Assembly: GCA_964016885.1 (NCBI GenBank)
Contig: OZ024741.1
Location: 382,230,001 to 382,294,000 of the forward strand
DNA length: 64,000 nt
Direction: 5' to 3'
Source: Eledone cirrhosa
Lineage: Eukaryota
The translations under genes were made by a program, and so were the position numbers. Position 1 is the first letter of the stretch. Every line of letters begins with the position of its first letter. This document shows, piece by piece, positions 23,641 through 38,086 of this stretch. The notes under the pieces were generated by a model. That model did not search any database and was not told the origin of the DNA. It was given only the letters and a program-made list of their open reading frames with translations.

Positions 23641-24176
23641 ATTTTACATTGTCTTGTCTTAGGCTGTTTCAGCTACGTATCTGAAAAGATGGTTAGCTCT
23701 GAAATATCATGCTAACTTACGTTGGGTAGAACATTAATGTATTTAGTCTTGTTACATTCGGCACCATTGGGCCATCGTATTTTTTTACCGCATTGAACAG
23801 GCTTAAAAAAATACAATTATCGGTATTTTACTAAAACATTGGATATTGTTACTAAATCATAATAACTAATAACGTGTACGAAAATTATCGAATTCTGTTT
23901 AACAGGAATAGAACATTCTTCAGCTTCAGTAGTGATTTTTAACTATAAATAAATTCATATATTGTAAATAATACATAAAATGGGTTATCTTTGTGCATTC
24001 CTCATTGGTTAAAACACTGTCTATCGAAGCCCATAATTTGTTATGGATTTTATACATAACTTTCAAAATTAAGTTCTGGTTCAATTTCTTATATCATTTC
24101 GCTACAGTCTTGACGCCATGTACCCAAATTAGGAATCTTCCTCCTGTTCCTCCACCGCCTCATTATCATCACCATC

Positions 24177-24207
<31 letters not shown>

Positions 24208-24326
24208 ACATCATCATGTTCATATTCATCGGTATTTATAAACATAATGCACAAACTGTTTACATACCGTCGTATTGCTGTTTTCTAGAATGTGCCGATG
24301 TCTATCTGTATAGGTGAAATATATAA

Positions 24327-24518
24327 GGGCGGTGAATTGGCAGTATCGGTAGAGGGACGGACACCATGCTTTCCAGCATAGTTACGTCCCTTTACGGTCT
24401 GAGTTCAAATCCCGTCGAGGTTAACTTTGCCTTTCATCCTTACCGGGTCGATAAAATAAAGTACCAGTAATGAACTGGGTATTTGCTGGCCTTGTGCCAA
24501 AAGTAGAAACAATTATTA
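24327..24518 (+). mobile_element. SINE family A
   Basis: GGCGGTGAATTGGCAGTATCGG...GAGTTCAAATCCC...GGGTCGATAAAATAAAGTACCAGT...AGAAACAATTATTA. Confidence 0.85.
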
Positions 24519-25495
24519 CTAATGTAATTACATCTTCCATCCCAGATATACTAATTATGAATAGAATGGTGAAAATATTCTTAAATGTGATTATCTTCTT
24601 AATTCAAAGAATGTGCAAATGCTTAGTTTCAAGAAAACAATATAATTAATCTATATTACTATATCAATAATTAATATTCTTTTGTCACAGAGGAATGGTG
24701 CCATAGAAATTGATACAAAGTTTGAATAAAAATGCTACCGGTGTTCCAACCGTATATCGAATTAGCATCTTCTGTGACAGTTCATATTATAACGTCGTAG
24801 AGTTTATGAACATATTTAAAACTAGTTGCAGGAATGCATATCACTTTACAACTACACTATGTCACAAATAGTGTCATACTGGAATATGGTAATACATTAT
24901 TAACCCATAGGAAAATACAATGAATCGAAGGCTACCTATCTTTCTAGGTAAACGAAGACCTGTCGACACTCCTCGGCCGACGGAAAGCTCACCCACACAC
25001 CTTTGGGTGAGTGTGAGATGTTTTCACTTGTGAAAATGGGCATAGCTTTCTTTATGTAAAATCTCCACATTTTGTCTCAAATCTCCCCGTTTTGGGGAAT
25101 TCTTTTCATGGAACTCCCCATTTGGGTTTGAGAGATTGACAGTTCTGGTGTATGCAAGTGTGTGTTATTAATTGTTATTGCCCGTTTTTTTTAAATTTAA
25201 GATGAGTAAGCAACTATGATCTCCAAAGTGATGTCAAGCGCTAAACATAACTGCGATTACAGCCAATTGCGATAATATAGCTTATAGAAATTGAGTGAAG
25301 CAAAATGCTTTTCCAAATGTAAGGTTCTTTACCTTACTTTTGTAATCTGTTTTTTGACAACAGATTGTAATTGCAATTATTTACTGCGCTTAAGCACCCT
25401 ACAACTTTGAATTTAATTTCTTTCTCTAGCGTTCTGCATGTTCGTATGTTCCAGCTTCATAGACGACGTTTATATATATATATATATATATATAT

Positions 25496-26011
<516 letters not shown>

Positions 26012-26679
26012 GGATCCGCGTTGATCGCTGTAATATAATGAGCTCAAGGTAATTTTTACGGGCTCCTCAAATTATATAGTAGAGGATACATGAAAAGAAC
26101 ATGTTTTTTCATTACTGGGTGTATGTTACCACCATAGTGAAAGACATATAAACTGCGAAATGTATGGGAGAAACATTATAATCAAACAGATTAATAAAAT
26201 GTAAAACGTATCTCCATAACAATGATACCTGTACAGTCCCATGGTGGCATTGTTTCACTAAATATGCCAAAAGAATCATATTATCCATAGATCGTCAGAA
26301 AATATATCTTTGGCGATTATAAAAAGTTAGACACTAATCTTCAGAACATGGTGAGAGAAACACGTGCTTCTTACTGTATCTAGTGGGCTGAATGGAGAAC
26401 AAAATTGCAAGAAAGTGCAGCATATGACCATTCAAATTAAATTGTACTCGACAGACGGAGTGTGAGGAGCAAATTATTATTTAAGAGTAACGTGTAAGAA
26501 AACAACACTTTGGAAATTATATTTGCTTACACATCTTAAAATAGAAAGGGTCTATATAATATTATATTCTTTTCTACACACCTTAATAGATGGATTATAT
26601 TAGTTTGAATGTTTGTTCAATCAGATTGTCCTTTTGACTAAACAACAACAGCTTACACATTGTACAATAGTGAGTATTA

Positions 26680-26866
26680 TAATAATCGTTTCTACTTTAG
26701 GCACAAGGCCAGCAATAACCCAGTGCATTACTGGTACTTTATTTTATCGACCCCGTAATGATGAAAGGCAAAGTCAACTTCGGCGGGATTTGAACTCAGA
26801 TCGTAAAGGGACGTAACTATGCTGGAAAGCATGGCGTCCGACCCTCTACTGATACTGCCAATCCAC
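26680..26866 (-). mobile_element. SINE family A
   Basis: Reverse complement of 24327-24518. Confidence 0.85.
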
Positions 26867-29792
26867 AGTGATTATTATAATAATAAGATGGATTCAATTA
26901 CATTTTCACGGACTTGATTATTTCAGGTAAATTGATCTTTCTTCCTTGTAAGTTTACAAAACATTGACTAAAGATGTATTTTCATTATAGAGTGCTTAGG
27001 AAAGATAAGAATCTGAAAACTCAATGAAAGTTGCTGCATTCTATAATTATCAGAACGCAAGTTGGCAGTAACATTGTAATATACAACATAATACTCAGTA
27101 AATAGAACATGAGAATCTCAGTTGTGAAACTACCGGCGTTTTCTAAATAGAGATAAAATATAAATAGATAAAAGCAGTTCGCTCACAAAATATGTAATGA
27201 AGCCGACAAAAATCTCTTGGGATGTTGACCCAGCAAACCAAAGACTGGATCTGGTAAAAAGTATAGTAGTTTTGTGGTAATTTGTGATATTTCTGTATCG
27301 GTTTTATGCAGAATTGACACACCTAAGTTCACTCTGTATTTTTAAGGAAATGTATAATGCTATATTTCAAATGGCTGGACGAATATTATATCTCAAAGGA
27401 TATCATATCTCAAACTGTGTTCCTATTTTTAGGAAACATAGCTAGATAATAAACAAACAAATCATTTCATCCTGTTCAAGTGGGGCAAATGGATGACGTT
27501 ATTGGGAGACAACTAGAATGCTTGCAGAAAATGGTTTAATCACTAACGAATATCGTCAAAAATATAAAAAATAGTAACAGTCTTTGCGTCGAGCTTTTAC
27601 TAGATTTAATCTGCCAAATTCCACAAACAAGGCATTGAATGATTATAATGTATACTAGAATAATCTTGCATTACGGGGCGGGTTAAACCTGAAAGAAGGC
27701 CGTTGAAAAGTAAATGTCTTAACCACACACCCTATGCCGATGTGTATAATTAAATAATGATAGAAAAGATCCCATTTATGTGGAGTATTGTATATTACAA
27801 CAAAGTTCTACAGGAATAATCATACAAACCTTCTATATGTATATTTCAGTGAAATTAAACATTAGAAAAGTATCGTAAACTACGAGGTAAAGTGTAAAAA
27901 AGAATAACAAATTCATGGAACAATTGTGTCTCATGAACTGATATTGTTACAGGTGTTAGAATTCTTCAAAGGTTTAGTTTGTATATATCTATTGCTGATA
28001 TATATATATGTGGTTATTCCCTGCAGAAATCTCTATAATCATATTTCAGCACGAAATATACATTTCCGCTGCACATGTTGTTAAGCTTATTTCGTACATA
28101 AGGTTATTTCGTACACATTGAGACTGAATTTTTTAAAAGTATCTACTTCATTGTTGCATGATTCCCAGATAAAATCGAAGCTGACAAGAAACACTAATAT
28201 ACGTTGGCAGTCTCAATTTCAGTTCTATCATTATAAAATGAGTAGTACATGTCTCAAATATGTACGTTGTGTAATATTTCGGTAAACAAATAGGTGGGTA
28301 ATTTTTATATTATGTCATTCATAAATATCACATATCAATTCCTTCTTAGCAAAATTTGATTAATGTAATAAGGGTATACCCATCAATAAAACTTTGCCAA
28401 CTACTCATAAGCTATACACCCACCATCATCAATTGGAATATCTCTTGTTATCTACGCAGAAGAAAAGGAATTATTTAATAGTTTTGTTTTAATTGATTTG
28501 ATCATATATAAATTTAGACATAGATTAACAACAGAAAATATCCACTGTTTTGACAAGATAAACGCATCTTTAACAGTTCATCAGACACCTTAAAAATTGA
28601 AAGTAGGAAATACTTTATTCACTATACGGAATGTTACGTTTGCTAGGTCGAGCCACAGATATTCTTACATTTCACAAGACCCAAAGTAATGTCATGCAAT
28701 AGCTACATATACAATTCTATGTCATCATGTTCCTCTGACCTGATCGGAAGAAAAAAAAAGAACTTCATTTGTTTACAATTGCATACTTCTTTTTAAATTC
28801 CTTTCGTCACATTTGACAATTCCATTAGACTTTTGGATATCTCAGTATCGGTCAACAACGCCAACCACAACATGTCTACATCATTATATTACGAGGGAGG
28901 GCTGGAAAGTTCCTTGTTTGAATTCTGCTACAGAGATGCCTGGCTGGAGCCGCACACTTCCGATTTCTTCTTTTCATGGCTTCAAAAACCTGAAAGACGA
29001 CTGCTATAAGTGTGTGAATAAATTCATAATTAATAGATCCCCTCTGTCCTATATTTTCTTTTAACCAAAGGCAGGAAATGTTCAGCACCAACTTTCGCTC
29101 ATGCCTAAAATTCTCATCGCCTGTCTATTTCTAACTATTTCATGCTATCTCTTTGACCCAACTCCCCAGTGTCCATCGTAGATATTGTCACGATTATAAG
29201 TTTGGGAGATAGTCTCAAGACAGGCTTAAGCAGTTAACCCTACTAAGAAACTGCTTCTAATTCAAGTACACCTCACCGAAAGATATTGTTTCGAGTCTCT
29301 AACTTCTCTCTAAATCCGGTGTGTTCCACGTATAATTAAGTCCATTTTCATCTTCATTACCGCTCCCCTACACCTTTCATCTATCACATGGTATTAAGGG
29401 ATGACATAGAAATACAAGCACGAAATCGCAACATAAAGAAACCCTAACACAAATGTATTTTCGCTTCGCTCTTATTTCCGGTTAATTTTGATATGGCTAA
29501 AATGCAAATAAAAAATAAACACCTGACGAAATAATTGGTTGCCTTTTCAATCATTTCGTTTTGTTCCCACTTTTCTTCTCTCCTTTCAATTTCCAAATTG
29601 TCAAACTAATACCATTAACTTTCATCTCATCTTGTCTTACTGTTCTTATTTGTGTACTATACATTAGTCACTAATGCATGTAAATATATATATATATATA
29701 ACAGAGGAAGTGTTATAAGGAACCAGATGGACTATAACGCAACAGAGTACTCAATACTTAGGGTAGTAGAGTGGGAAATAGGAAAATATATG

Positions 29793-29888
29793 ACCCCGAC
29801 AGCAGAGCTCAAGCCGTTTCGACGGCTATTTCTGGACTAAATTAGAATGTTTAGCTTGGTGAATAAATAGCCGAACTTGTCAAGGGGT
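29793..29888 (-). ncRNA. Type I hammerhead ribozyme, U3-A8 core variant
   Basis: ACCCC-UUGACAA-g..CGGCUAUUU...AAAUAGCCG..c-GAA-ACGGC...GCUGU-C-GGGGU. Confidence 0.75.
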
Positions 29889-30660
29889 TACTTCCTTATA
29901 TGGGAAGATTGTAGTTGTCAAGAGGATTGGTTTAAATTTGTTGTAAACACAAATAAGTCTATCATGGCATTTGGTGGGAGGTAGGGTGGCTGAACTTGCC
30001 TGTAGAACAATAGGGGTGTGAGTGGAGCGCTCAAGCGTTGAAAGTGATATGTATACAGCAGATTCTAAGGATAGTGTGTGAAGTGGAGGAGGTAGGTTAT
30101 AGAATAGGTAAATCGAAAGAGAATAGGAGACAATAAAATATAATAGAAAAGAAAAAAATATATATAGTGAGAAATGAATAAAAAATGACAATGCTATCTT
30201 ACAATTACAGGTTAATAAGTTGACAATAGAAACAACTTGTAGAAATTGAGTAGTACCAGAACTGATACAAAATTAAAGGGCTTTAACACGTCTGCTATAA
30301 GTAGTTAGTAAAACGTATTCGGCCAATTCTATCTTAAAATTACAGGGGTGGGGGAACTGATGCTACAGAGGCTCGATGGGCTGCATCGGGCTAGGCGAAA
30401 GGGGAAAAGCTGACGAAGAGGAACATAGGGGGTAGAAGGAAGTGATAGGATGAGACAGGGGGAAGAAGAAGATAAAGAGGAAAAGAAAAGAGATACATCT
30501 ACCTAAGTAAGATGGGGTTTCCCCACTCACACCCCTATTGTTCTACAGGCAAGTTCAGCCACCCCTAGCTCCCACCAAATGCCATGATAGACCTATTTGT
30601 GTTTACAACAAATTTTAACCAATCCTCTTGACAACTACAATCCTCCCATATAAGGAAGTA

Positions 30661-30756
30661 CCCCCATGACAAGTTCGGCTATTTATTCCCCAGGCTAAAC
30701 ATTCTAATTTAGTACAGAAATAGCCGTCGAAACGGCTTGAGCTCTGCCGTCGGGGT
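30661..30756 (+). ncRNA. Second copy of the same hammerhead, core mutated (AUGACAA)
   Basis: Same stems and GUC triplet; position 3 is A. Confidence 0.6.
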
Positions 30757-31139
30757 CATACTTTTTCCTATATATACATATATATATATGTGTGTGTGTG
30801 TCTGTGTGTATGTGTGTGATTACCTGTAGGTATGTGTGTGCGTTATATTTATGTGTATATATTTATATAAGTTTATATAATTATATGTATACACGCACAC
30901 ACACATATATATATATATATATTTTGTATATACTTTTTATGTGTATTTGGTGTATACGTTCGCATGTGTGCGGGTACAGATGTCGCGAGGGTTTGTGTAT
31001 GTGTGCGCCTCTTTATGTGTACGTGCTTGTATATGCATAACATGGCGGGTGTTTTTGCATATACATATGGATGTGGATGCGTGCATGTATATATTTAATT
31101 ATTGTTGATTTCAATAACCTCTGTAATTTATTTACAGTA

Positions 31140-31468
31140 TTCTTAACTCTGAAGCCGAGAATAATTCAGTTTCCTGAATAGAATATTAGTCTACGACTTC
31201 TTTTATACCATAAACGTGGTTTTGTCTTTGCGTGTAATTGTTTTTCACCGCTCCAAATAATGACGTATTATATTCGTTTTTTTTTCGTCCATTGCCAGGG
31301 ATCGTCTCCACGAACCAAAGTATCGTCTTCCTGTTGTCTTTCGGTTGCAACGTTTTTCGAAATATTTACTTCTGCGTTCACAGATTGATTTCTTTAGTTT
31401 CAGGAGATCCCGCTAAGGGTGAAAGTAGCGATTCTTTGCTTAAACTTTAATCTGTTATTTTAATAAAT
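31140..31468 (+). mobile_element. Solo Penelope terminal-repeat fragment ending in (TA)n
   Basis: Homologous to 40385-40838, the 3' end of the Naiad-type element. Confidence 0.75.
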
Positions 31469-31639
<171 letters not shown>

Positions 31640-32450
31640 TATATATATACAAATGTATACATATATATATATATGCACACACGCACTCTCACACACACGC
31701 AAACACACATGCACACATATACAAATATTTATATATTATATATAAGTATTGAAATTTCCGTTGGAAACAGAAAAGGTCATAGAAGTGAAGAGTGCTCTTC
31801 CCTTTTTATTCTCCTCCCCCCTTTTTTACTTACTTTTTTTACTTACTCATTTTTATGCGTGTGCATGCAAACAGGTCATATGCGTGAGCGTAAGTATGTT
31901 GTGTGTGTGTGTGTGTATGTACGCATCGAACGTATGGATGTGTAAGTGCGCGTGTGTATATAAGCATATATATTTTTGCGTTTCTTTTGTGAGACATGCG
32001 TGTCTGTGTATGTATGAACCCCTTTTTTTGTCTTCTTTTCTTTAATTTTTTCTTTCTAAAATTTTTTCTTTCTAATATATTGTTACATTTTTATAAATAT
32101 ATCGAGATTGATACTTTCCTTTAATTATTACACTCCCTTACCTCTTTTACTTCCGCATCTAAGTGTACGAGTGTGTGGGCGTTTTATGCGCGCGCCTTCA
32201 TATTCATATACTTATGATGTACATACAGATACATTTGCCCTAAATTTTAGATTTACGCACACTTTTTCACTATACGTATACATATGTGCATATACATATA
32301 TGCACATCTGTGAGCGTATATACATACATATACACACACCTAACTATATTTCTTGATAGATTTTTTATATATTTCAATTTCTAATTCATTTGTCTATATC
32401 TTTTTTTGATTTTCTTGATGAGTTTTTCTAAGTGTTTACCCATGTTTTAT

Positions 32451-32528
32451 ATTGCCTCGTCTGACGAACGAATGAAGACGTTTCTTTCGTATTCGCCTCA
32501 TTCGGGAAACCTCTGGTAATGAGGTAAT
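32451..32528 (+). ncRNA. Type I hammerhead ribozyme
   Basis: AUUGCCUCGU-CUGACGA-a-CGAAUGA...UCAUUCG-g-GAA-ACC-UCU-GGU-A-AUGAGGUAAU; 10-bp stem I, GUA triplet. Confidence 0.88.
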
Positions 32529-32577
32529 TATATTGTATTGATTTTTATACATTATATTATATATATACATATATATA

Positions 32578-32785
32578 TCATCATCATTCGTCGACTACTG
32601 TCGAGATGATGGATCTCACTCTCATGCCCCAGAATTCCCTGTCCCCCATCGCTGCCCCCAGATCCTGTCTACTGATTCCCGTATCCCTAGAGATAACGTC
32701 AGGGAATGACAGCTTCCTACTCCTAGTCAGGCTGGAGTCAGGGTTCCAGAGCAAGAGAGCGGATATTAATTTCATTGCTGGCACA
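32578..32785 (-). mobile_element. 3' end of an RTE-like LINE with a (GAT)n tail
   Basis: LSFPDVISRDTG...AMGDREFW C-terminal pattern, then a stop and TGATGATGA. Confidence 0.55.
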
Positions 32786-33448
32786 TATATATATAAACAC
32801 ATGTGAAAGTTTGTAGTCGTGTATATTTAACATTTGATATTCTTATACGATAAAAGGACAAGAACAATTCCAGACCTCTGACCACGTCTCGTTTATTCTT
32901 TTCAATTGTTTCACTATATGCTGTTGTAGACATTAAATGTTAAAGAAAACGTGGACGTTTCACTGCAATATCTTATATGGGAACAGCAACTGTCACAGTA
33001 TATTAATGTAAAGTACTCCTTGTCTTCTTTGCTAATAGACTAAAAACAAAAAGATTAAGAACAACAAATATATCAGCCAAAATCAATCGGAAGATTCAGT
33101 ACGGTGAGGTTTTATTGATTTGGCAATACAATATATTGTGTTTCCGAAGTAGGACAATACTATATTGTGTGGTTAGTTATATAAAAGAAATTTGATTTGG
33201 CTTCCATCAAGATTTGATTAGATTCTTTCATAAGGAGTTCGTCTTTCGAATGCTTCAGTGCAGTTTATATTTATTTCGTTTGGGCTGCTTAGTTTATCAG
33301 TTTCTTTCCTCTTTTGACGGCAACCTTCACTATGGTGATTGTGCTGGTTGTGCTGATAGTGTTGGCGATGCTCACTGTGATGGTTGTGCTGTATATGTTG
33401 CTCATGTTGATAATCGGAACGATAATGTAACTGTAATGAATATGATAG

Positions 33449-33450
33449 TA

Positions 33451-33494
<44 letters not shown>

Positions 33495-33495
33495 T

Positions 33496-33559
<64 letters not shown>

Positions 33560-33750
33560 GTACTGCTGCTGCTGCTGCTGTTGCTGCTCTGCTGCTGCTA
33601 CCACTACTACTACTACTACTAACGACATCACCGTCACCACCCCCACCACTCCTAATACTACTGTTTCTACTACTACAACCACCACCACCGCCACTACTAC
33701 TACCAACACCATTACTATTGTTACGACTACTACTACCACTATTACGACCA
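33449..33750. repeat. (TAC)n/(TGC)n/(CAC)n compound microsatellite
   Basis: Direct reading. Confidence 0.95.
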
Positions 33751-34224
33751 TGATCAATTTGATCACCATTGATATAGATCTAACCAGTTACCCCACCATC
33801 TTCCTTTCTGAGATGCTAGGATCCAGTAGCCATGGATACTGACAGGAAATTAAAGAAGTTATTCAAAGAAACAAGTTAAGTGCTAACTTTACAATAGTGG
33901 ATATAAAAAGAAGGAATAACTTAACCGACGTGGAATATAAAAAGCAAAATAGAAAAGGAAAGAAAAAAGGTTTATTGTTTCGTCAGAAGAAGTTATACAA
34001 CGTTGTTAAGTTTCCCTTCAATGAAGCATACACTTTGAATCTGCCTTGCTGGAGAACAATACACTATTATGTCTCCAATCCTACTTCCTCATTGAATTAT
34101 TCAACATAGATTTTTATATGCGGGATGTTGCAAAACCACAGACACACTCACTCATAAACACGCACACATACACACATGCACATACACACATGTACACACA
34201 CTCACGCACACTCACACACACACA

Positions 34225-34264
<40 letters not shown>

Positions 34265-34733
34265 TAGATACATACATGCATACACACATATAGGTTACTG
34301 TTTCACGTCGTTAATGTTTATTTTATCTTCTCATAAAAAAAACACGAAATGCGTGGGAATATTTCATTCTATTCCAAGCTGTTGTATTTTAATTTGCGCA
34401 AAATATAAATGAAGGTTTTAATTTACGTTCAATATTCACATATAGATGACAGTTGGCTATAGTAATTTCTGAAAACCATATCGAATGATATAATCTTTTT
34501 GACGTAAAAGCTTTCATTGCAAGTAATTATAAATCTCGATTCTTATCAAAATAACGATGGAAGTTGTTTTATTTCCTTTGAAACAAAGATCAAATTATAA
34601 ATGTTCAAACACAATGACCAATCAATATGCCTAGGAAAGGTTTTAATCAATCTCCGCCAACGAGGTTAAAATAATCTACATACAATATCCAAACAGAAAA
34701 GAGACACAAGCCTCAACCAAAGCTGTTAAATGC

Positions 34734-34782
<49 letters not shown>

Positions 34783-35023
34783 ATAATATCTTAAATCATG
34801 CAGTTGTCGTTGGTTTGAAAACAAATATAGCTTGAATGGAAATATTGGTGTATACTTAAGTTCATCCCAACCCGATGCCAAATGATTTAGCTAAGTTATA
34901 TATATTTTTTTTCCCAACCGATATATGTTCCAGTTGACCTATCATGAAAGGTCTATCGATTGTAACTACCCAGTTTGGAAATATATATATATATATATAT
35001 ATATATACGTGTGTGTGTGTGTG

Positions 35024-35077
<54 letters not shown>

Positions 35078-35171
35078 TGTGTGTGTGTGTGTCTGGGTGT
35101 GTGTATGTGTGTGTATGTGTATAGACCTGATAGTGCCCTCTTTGGATTTTAAAAGTCTTCCCATTTATTAT

Positions 35172-35255
<84 letters not shown>

Positions 35256-35658
35256 GTCGTTTCTGAATTTGTTTAGCAAGATTCTTTATCTGAAAACGTG
35301 TGTTGAAACCGATATTGTTATACTTTGGGAGGGTCATGTTGCCAATAAGAAACACACGCACCAGATGCTTTCACTTTAATTTATTGTAATAAATTTATAA
35401 ATTTAGAAACAAGATGACGTAGGACAGAACAAAGGAGAGGCACAAAAACAAAGAAAAGAATCCCCAGTCACTGACGACGTCACAGAATGTGTGACGAAAG
35501 AACTTTGACAATATATAAACAACCATCTGGTTGTGGAACCAACCAACCGGAAATTTATAAATTCCTAAATTTATAAATGTATTACAATAAATTAAAGTGA
35601 AAGCAGCTGGTGCATGTGTTTCTTATTCGCAACATGACTCTCCCAAAGTATAACAATA
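35256..35658 (+). mobile_element. ~400-bp element between (TA)n tracts with ~95-bp inverted repeats around a minimal hammerhead
   Basis: 35312-35407 is the reverse complement of ~35562-35657. Confidence 0.75.
35467..35509 (+). ncRNA. Minimal type I hammerhead ribozyme
   Basis: GUCA-CUGACGA-c-GUCAC-loop-GUGAC-GAA-AG-AA-CU-U-UGAC. Confidence 0.65.
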
Positions 35659-35675
35659 TATATATATGTATATAT

Positions 35676-35851
<176 letters not shown>

Positions 35852-36139
35852 GTGTGTATACATATATGAATGTACGTATTGTATATTTAATAACATACTG
35901 TATGTTTAGTTTAAACCTTTTGAAGGCTTTTCGTTATGAAGTCATGGTAGTTGCTATAGTCATGTACCTACCTCCAGCAACAAAACGGGAAATAACCCAC
36001 GATCGTTTTCACTGTTTAGCGGTTATCAAGGCTATATATGCCTTTGTTTCTGCCGTGCGCTGCAGAAGCCTGATTCTTATAGATTATTCAATTATTTTTA
36101 TATGTATATATATGTTTGTGTTCATGGAAAAGGCAAAAA

Positions 36140-36930
36140 GGAAATGACAGGCGCGGGAGTATCTATACGGTGCCGTATGTCTCTCACGTGTTCAGCAAAA
36201 TTGTCCACCAAAGGGCGCCCGCTTCTCCGATGTATAAGGATGCGCAAAGGGAATACCGGATGGCATAGACAACGCGGGTGGATAAGCAGGTGAAGGAGTG
36301 GTGGATATGGAACGAACCGTTGGTGCCTGTGGGAGTGGTGCGTTGGAAATGAAAGGACATATGTTACAGCGGGGACGAGAATAATGAGACAAGCCGGGTG
36401 GATTCGTGGGAGAGGCCGAGAAGGAACTACGTACTAGGAGGTCGTGGAGGATACGGGCGCGCTTAAATGTTGTAATAGGTGGGTTAGAAAAGAGGGGGAA
36501 GTGATGGGATCAGAAGAGAGGGTGCGGAAGGTACGGAGTACATGTCGGCGGAGAAATAGTGTGATGTGGGTGTTGGTGAGAGGGAAAGAAAAGCGGGTGT
36601 CATGAGGGTGTTATGGTGTGAGAGGGCTCTCGTCGATATAACTGCCATGTAGCACAGGAGTAAATCCAGTACACTGAACATGGAAGAGAAGGAGAGCGAG
36701 AGAGAGAGAAATAGCGAGAGCTTGTGGTTTTGTTGAATGAAATTATAACAGGTGATTTCAAAGAAATTAATACAGTAACACTGTATCGACTAAATAGAAA
36801 GGGTTTCTAAGAAGTGTGTGAACATACATATATGTTTGTGTGTGCGTGTGTTTATACTGTGGGAAGATTTGGGCTTCGACGTAGCCAACAACAAATTTGG
36901 CATACTTCGGTCCCATTCTGGTTGCCATGT
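36140..36930 (-). mobile_element. Degraded Penelope-like element (RT fragment + GIY-YIG), different clade from the Naiad-type copies
   Basis: MATRMGPKYAKFVVGYVEAQIF (RT); SRPRCNICPFIS and YSLCASLYIGEAG (linker and YIG motif); frameshifted. Confidence 0.7.
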
Positions 36931-37059
36931 ATATATATATATCCACACTCACACATGCCCCCCCCCCAGACACACACATATATGTATATATATATATACA
37001 CACTCACACATGCCCCCCCCCCCCCCAGACACACACATATATGTATATATATATATATA

Positions 37060-37705
37060 CAAGCAGTGGTAGCCGGCGTTGCACGGGATAAGGTATTTTG
37101 AACGCGGGCCGCCAACAGACCTAATCGTGGAAAAACTGCCTGCCTGGACAATATGTAAAGAAAATAAACCGAATACATTGATGGCTGGATAATCTTTAAG
37201 ATTTTCCTCCATGAGGCAGGAAAAGCGCAGGATTTCACCCAATGCGGGCCCTAGGGATCAAGAAAATGAATGTTTTTATGTGCATAATATGTCTTGAAAT
37301 TTCGGGAAAGCCGCTAGACGTAATGCCTCATAAAAGCCCTAAAAAGCTGGAAAAGATGGAATCTTTCACCCAATGCGGGCCCGAAGCCATACAAAGTTGG
37401 ATTTTCTTTGCTCACGTTATGAAGAAGAGACTGACTAATAGATAGTTACAATTTCAAGGAAATCGGTCTGACGTAACGCCTCAAAATAACACTAAAATAT
37501 GAAAATACGCAGTTTTACACCTAATGCGGGCCCTAGGGGATCAAAAAGTTGAATTTGTTATGTGCATAACACTCCCTGAAACATACGTAATACACATGTA
37601 AAGTTTGAAAAAAAATCGGTTGGGTACTTCTCAAGTTTTAGGGATTCAAACTCACACACATACACTCAGACACAGAGACAGACATCCTCAGTTTTATATA
37701 TAGAG
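37060..37705 (+). mobile_element. Non-autonomous DINE-1/Helentron-like element with three internal ~130-150-bp repeats
   Basis: Starts AAGCAGTGGTAGCCGGCGTTGCACGGG; ends AAAATCGG...(ACAC/ACAG)n...TTTTATATATAGA; TTTCACCCAATGCGGGCCC recurs at ~37233, 37363 and 37513. Confidence 0.55.
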
Positions 37706-37965
37706 AGAGAGAGATTACGTATACTAGATCTTCTTTTGGGTTAAATGCAGTCGATCTTCAGAGAATGGGTTTGGTCCCATGCAAAGCATTTCCTCTCTTA
37801 AAAAAGCTTCAAGCACAGACATCCCTTAAATGTGACTTGTTTAGCGATGCATGATATTGTTGGCCAGAAGCAGGTCCCTTACGGGACTAATAAGCCCTGT
37901 CCGTGTGGCTCGAGCTTAAGTATCATGCCGTGGCGGAAATCGAGATGCAGCCACATATATATATA

Positions 37966-37996
<31 letters not shown>

Positions 37997-38086
37997 GCAA
38001 AAGTTCTATTTAAAATTGTTAGGATACAACAAGTAAATGTGTTATAACTGATATAAAGCACTCGACAAGTTTTTGGAGTAGATATA

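Larger units (their letters stand above)
29700..30770. mobile_element. Penelope-derived element with ~240-bp inverted repeats, each carrying a hammerhead
   Basis: 29780-30023 is the reverse complement of ~30525-30770; bounded by (TA)n. Confidence 0.75.

Noticed and set aside
24985-25147. Possible hAT/MITE terminus (...GAGAGATTGACAGTTCTG)
   Set aside because: No matching opposite terminus or target duplication found.
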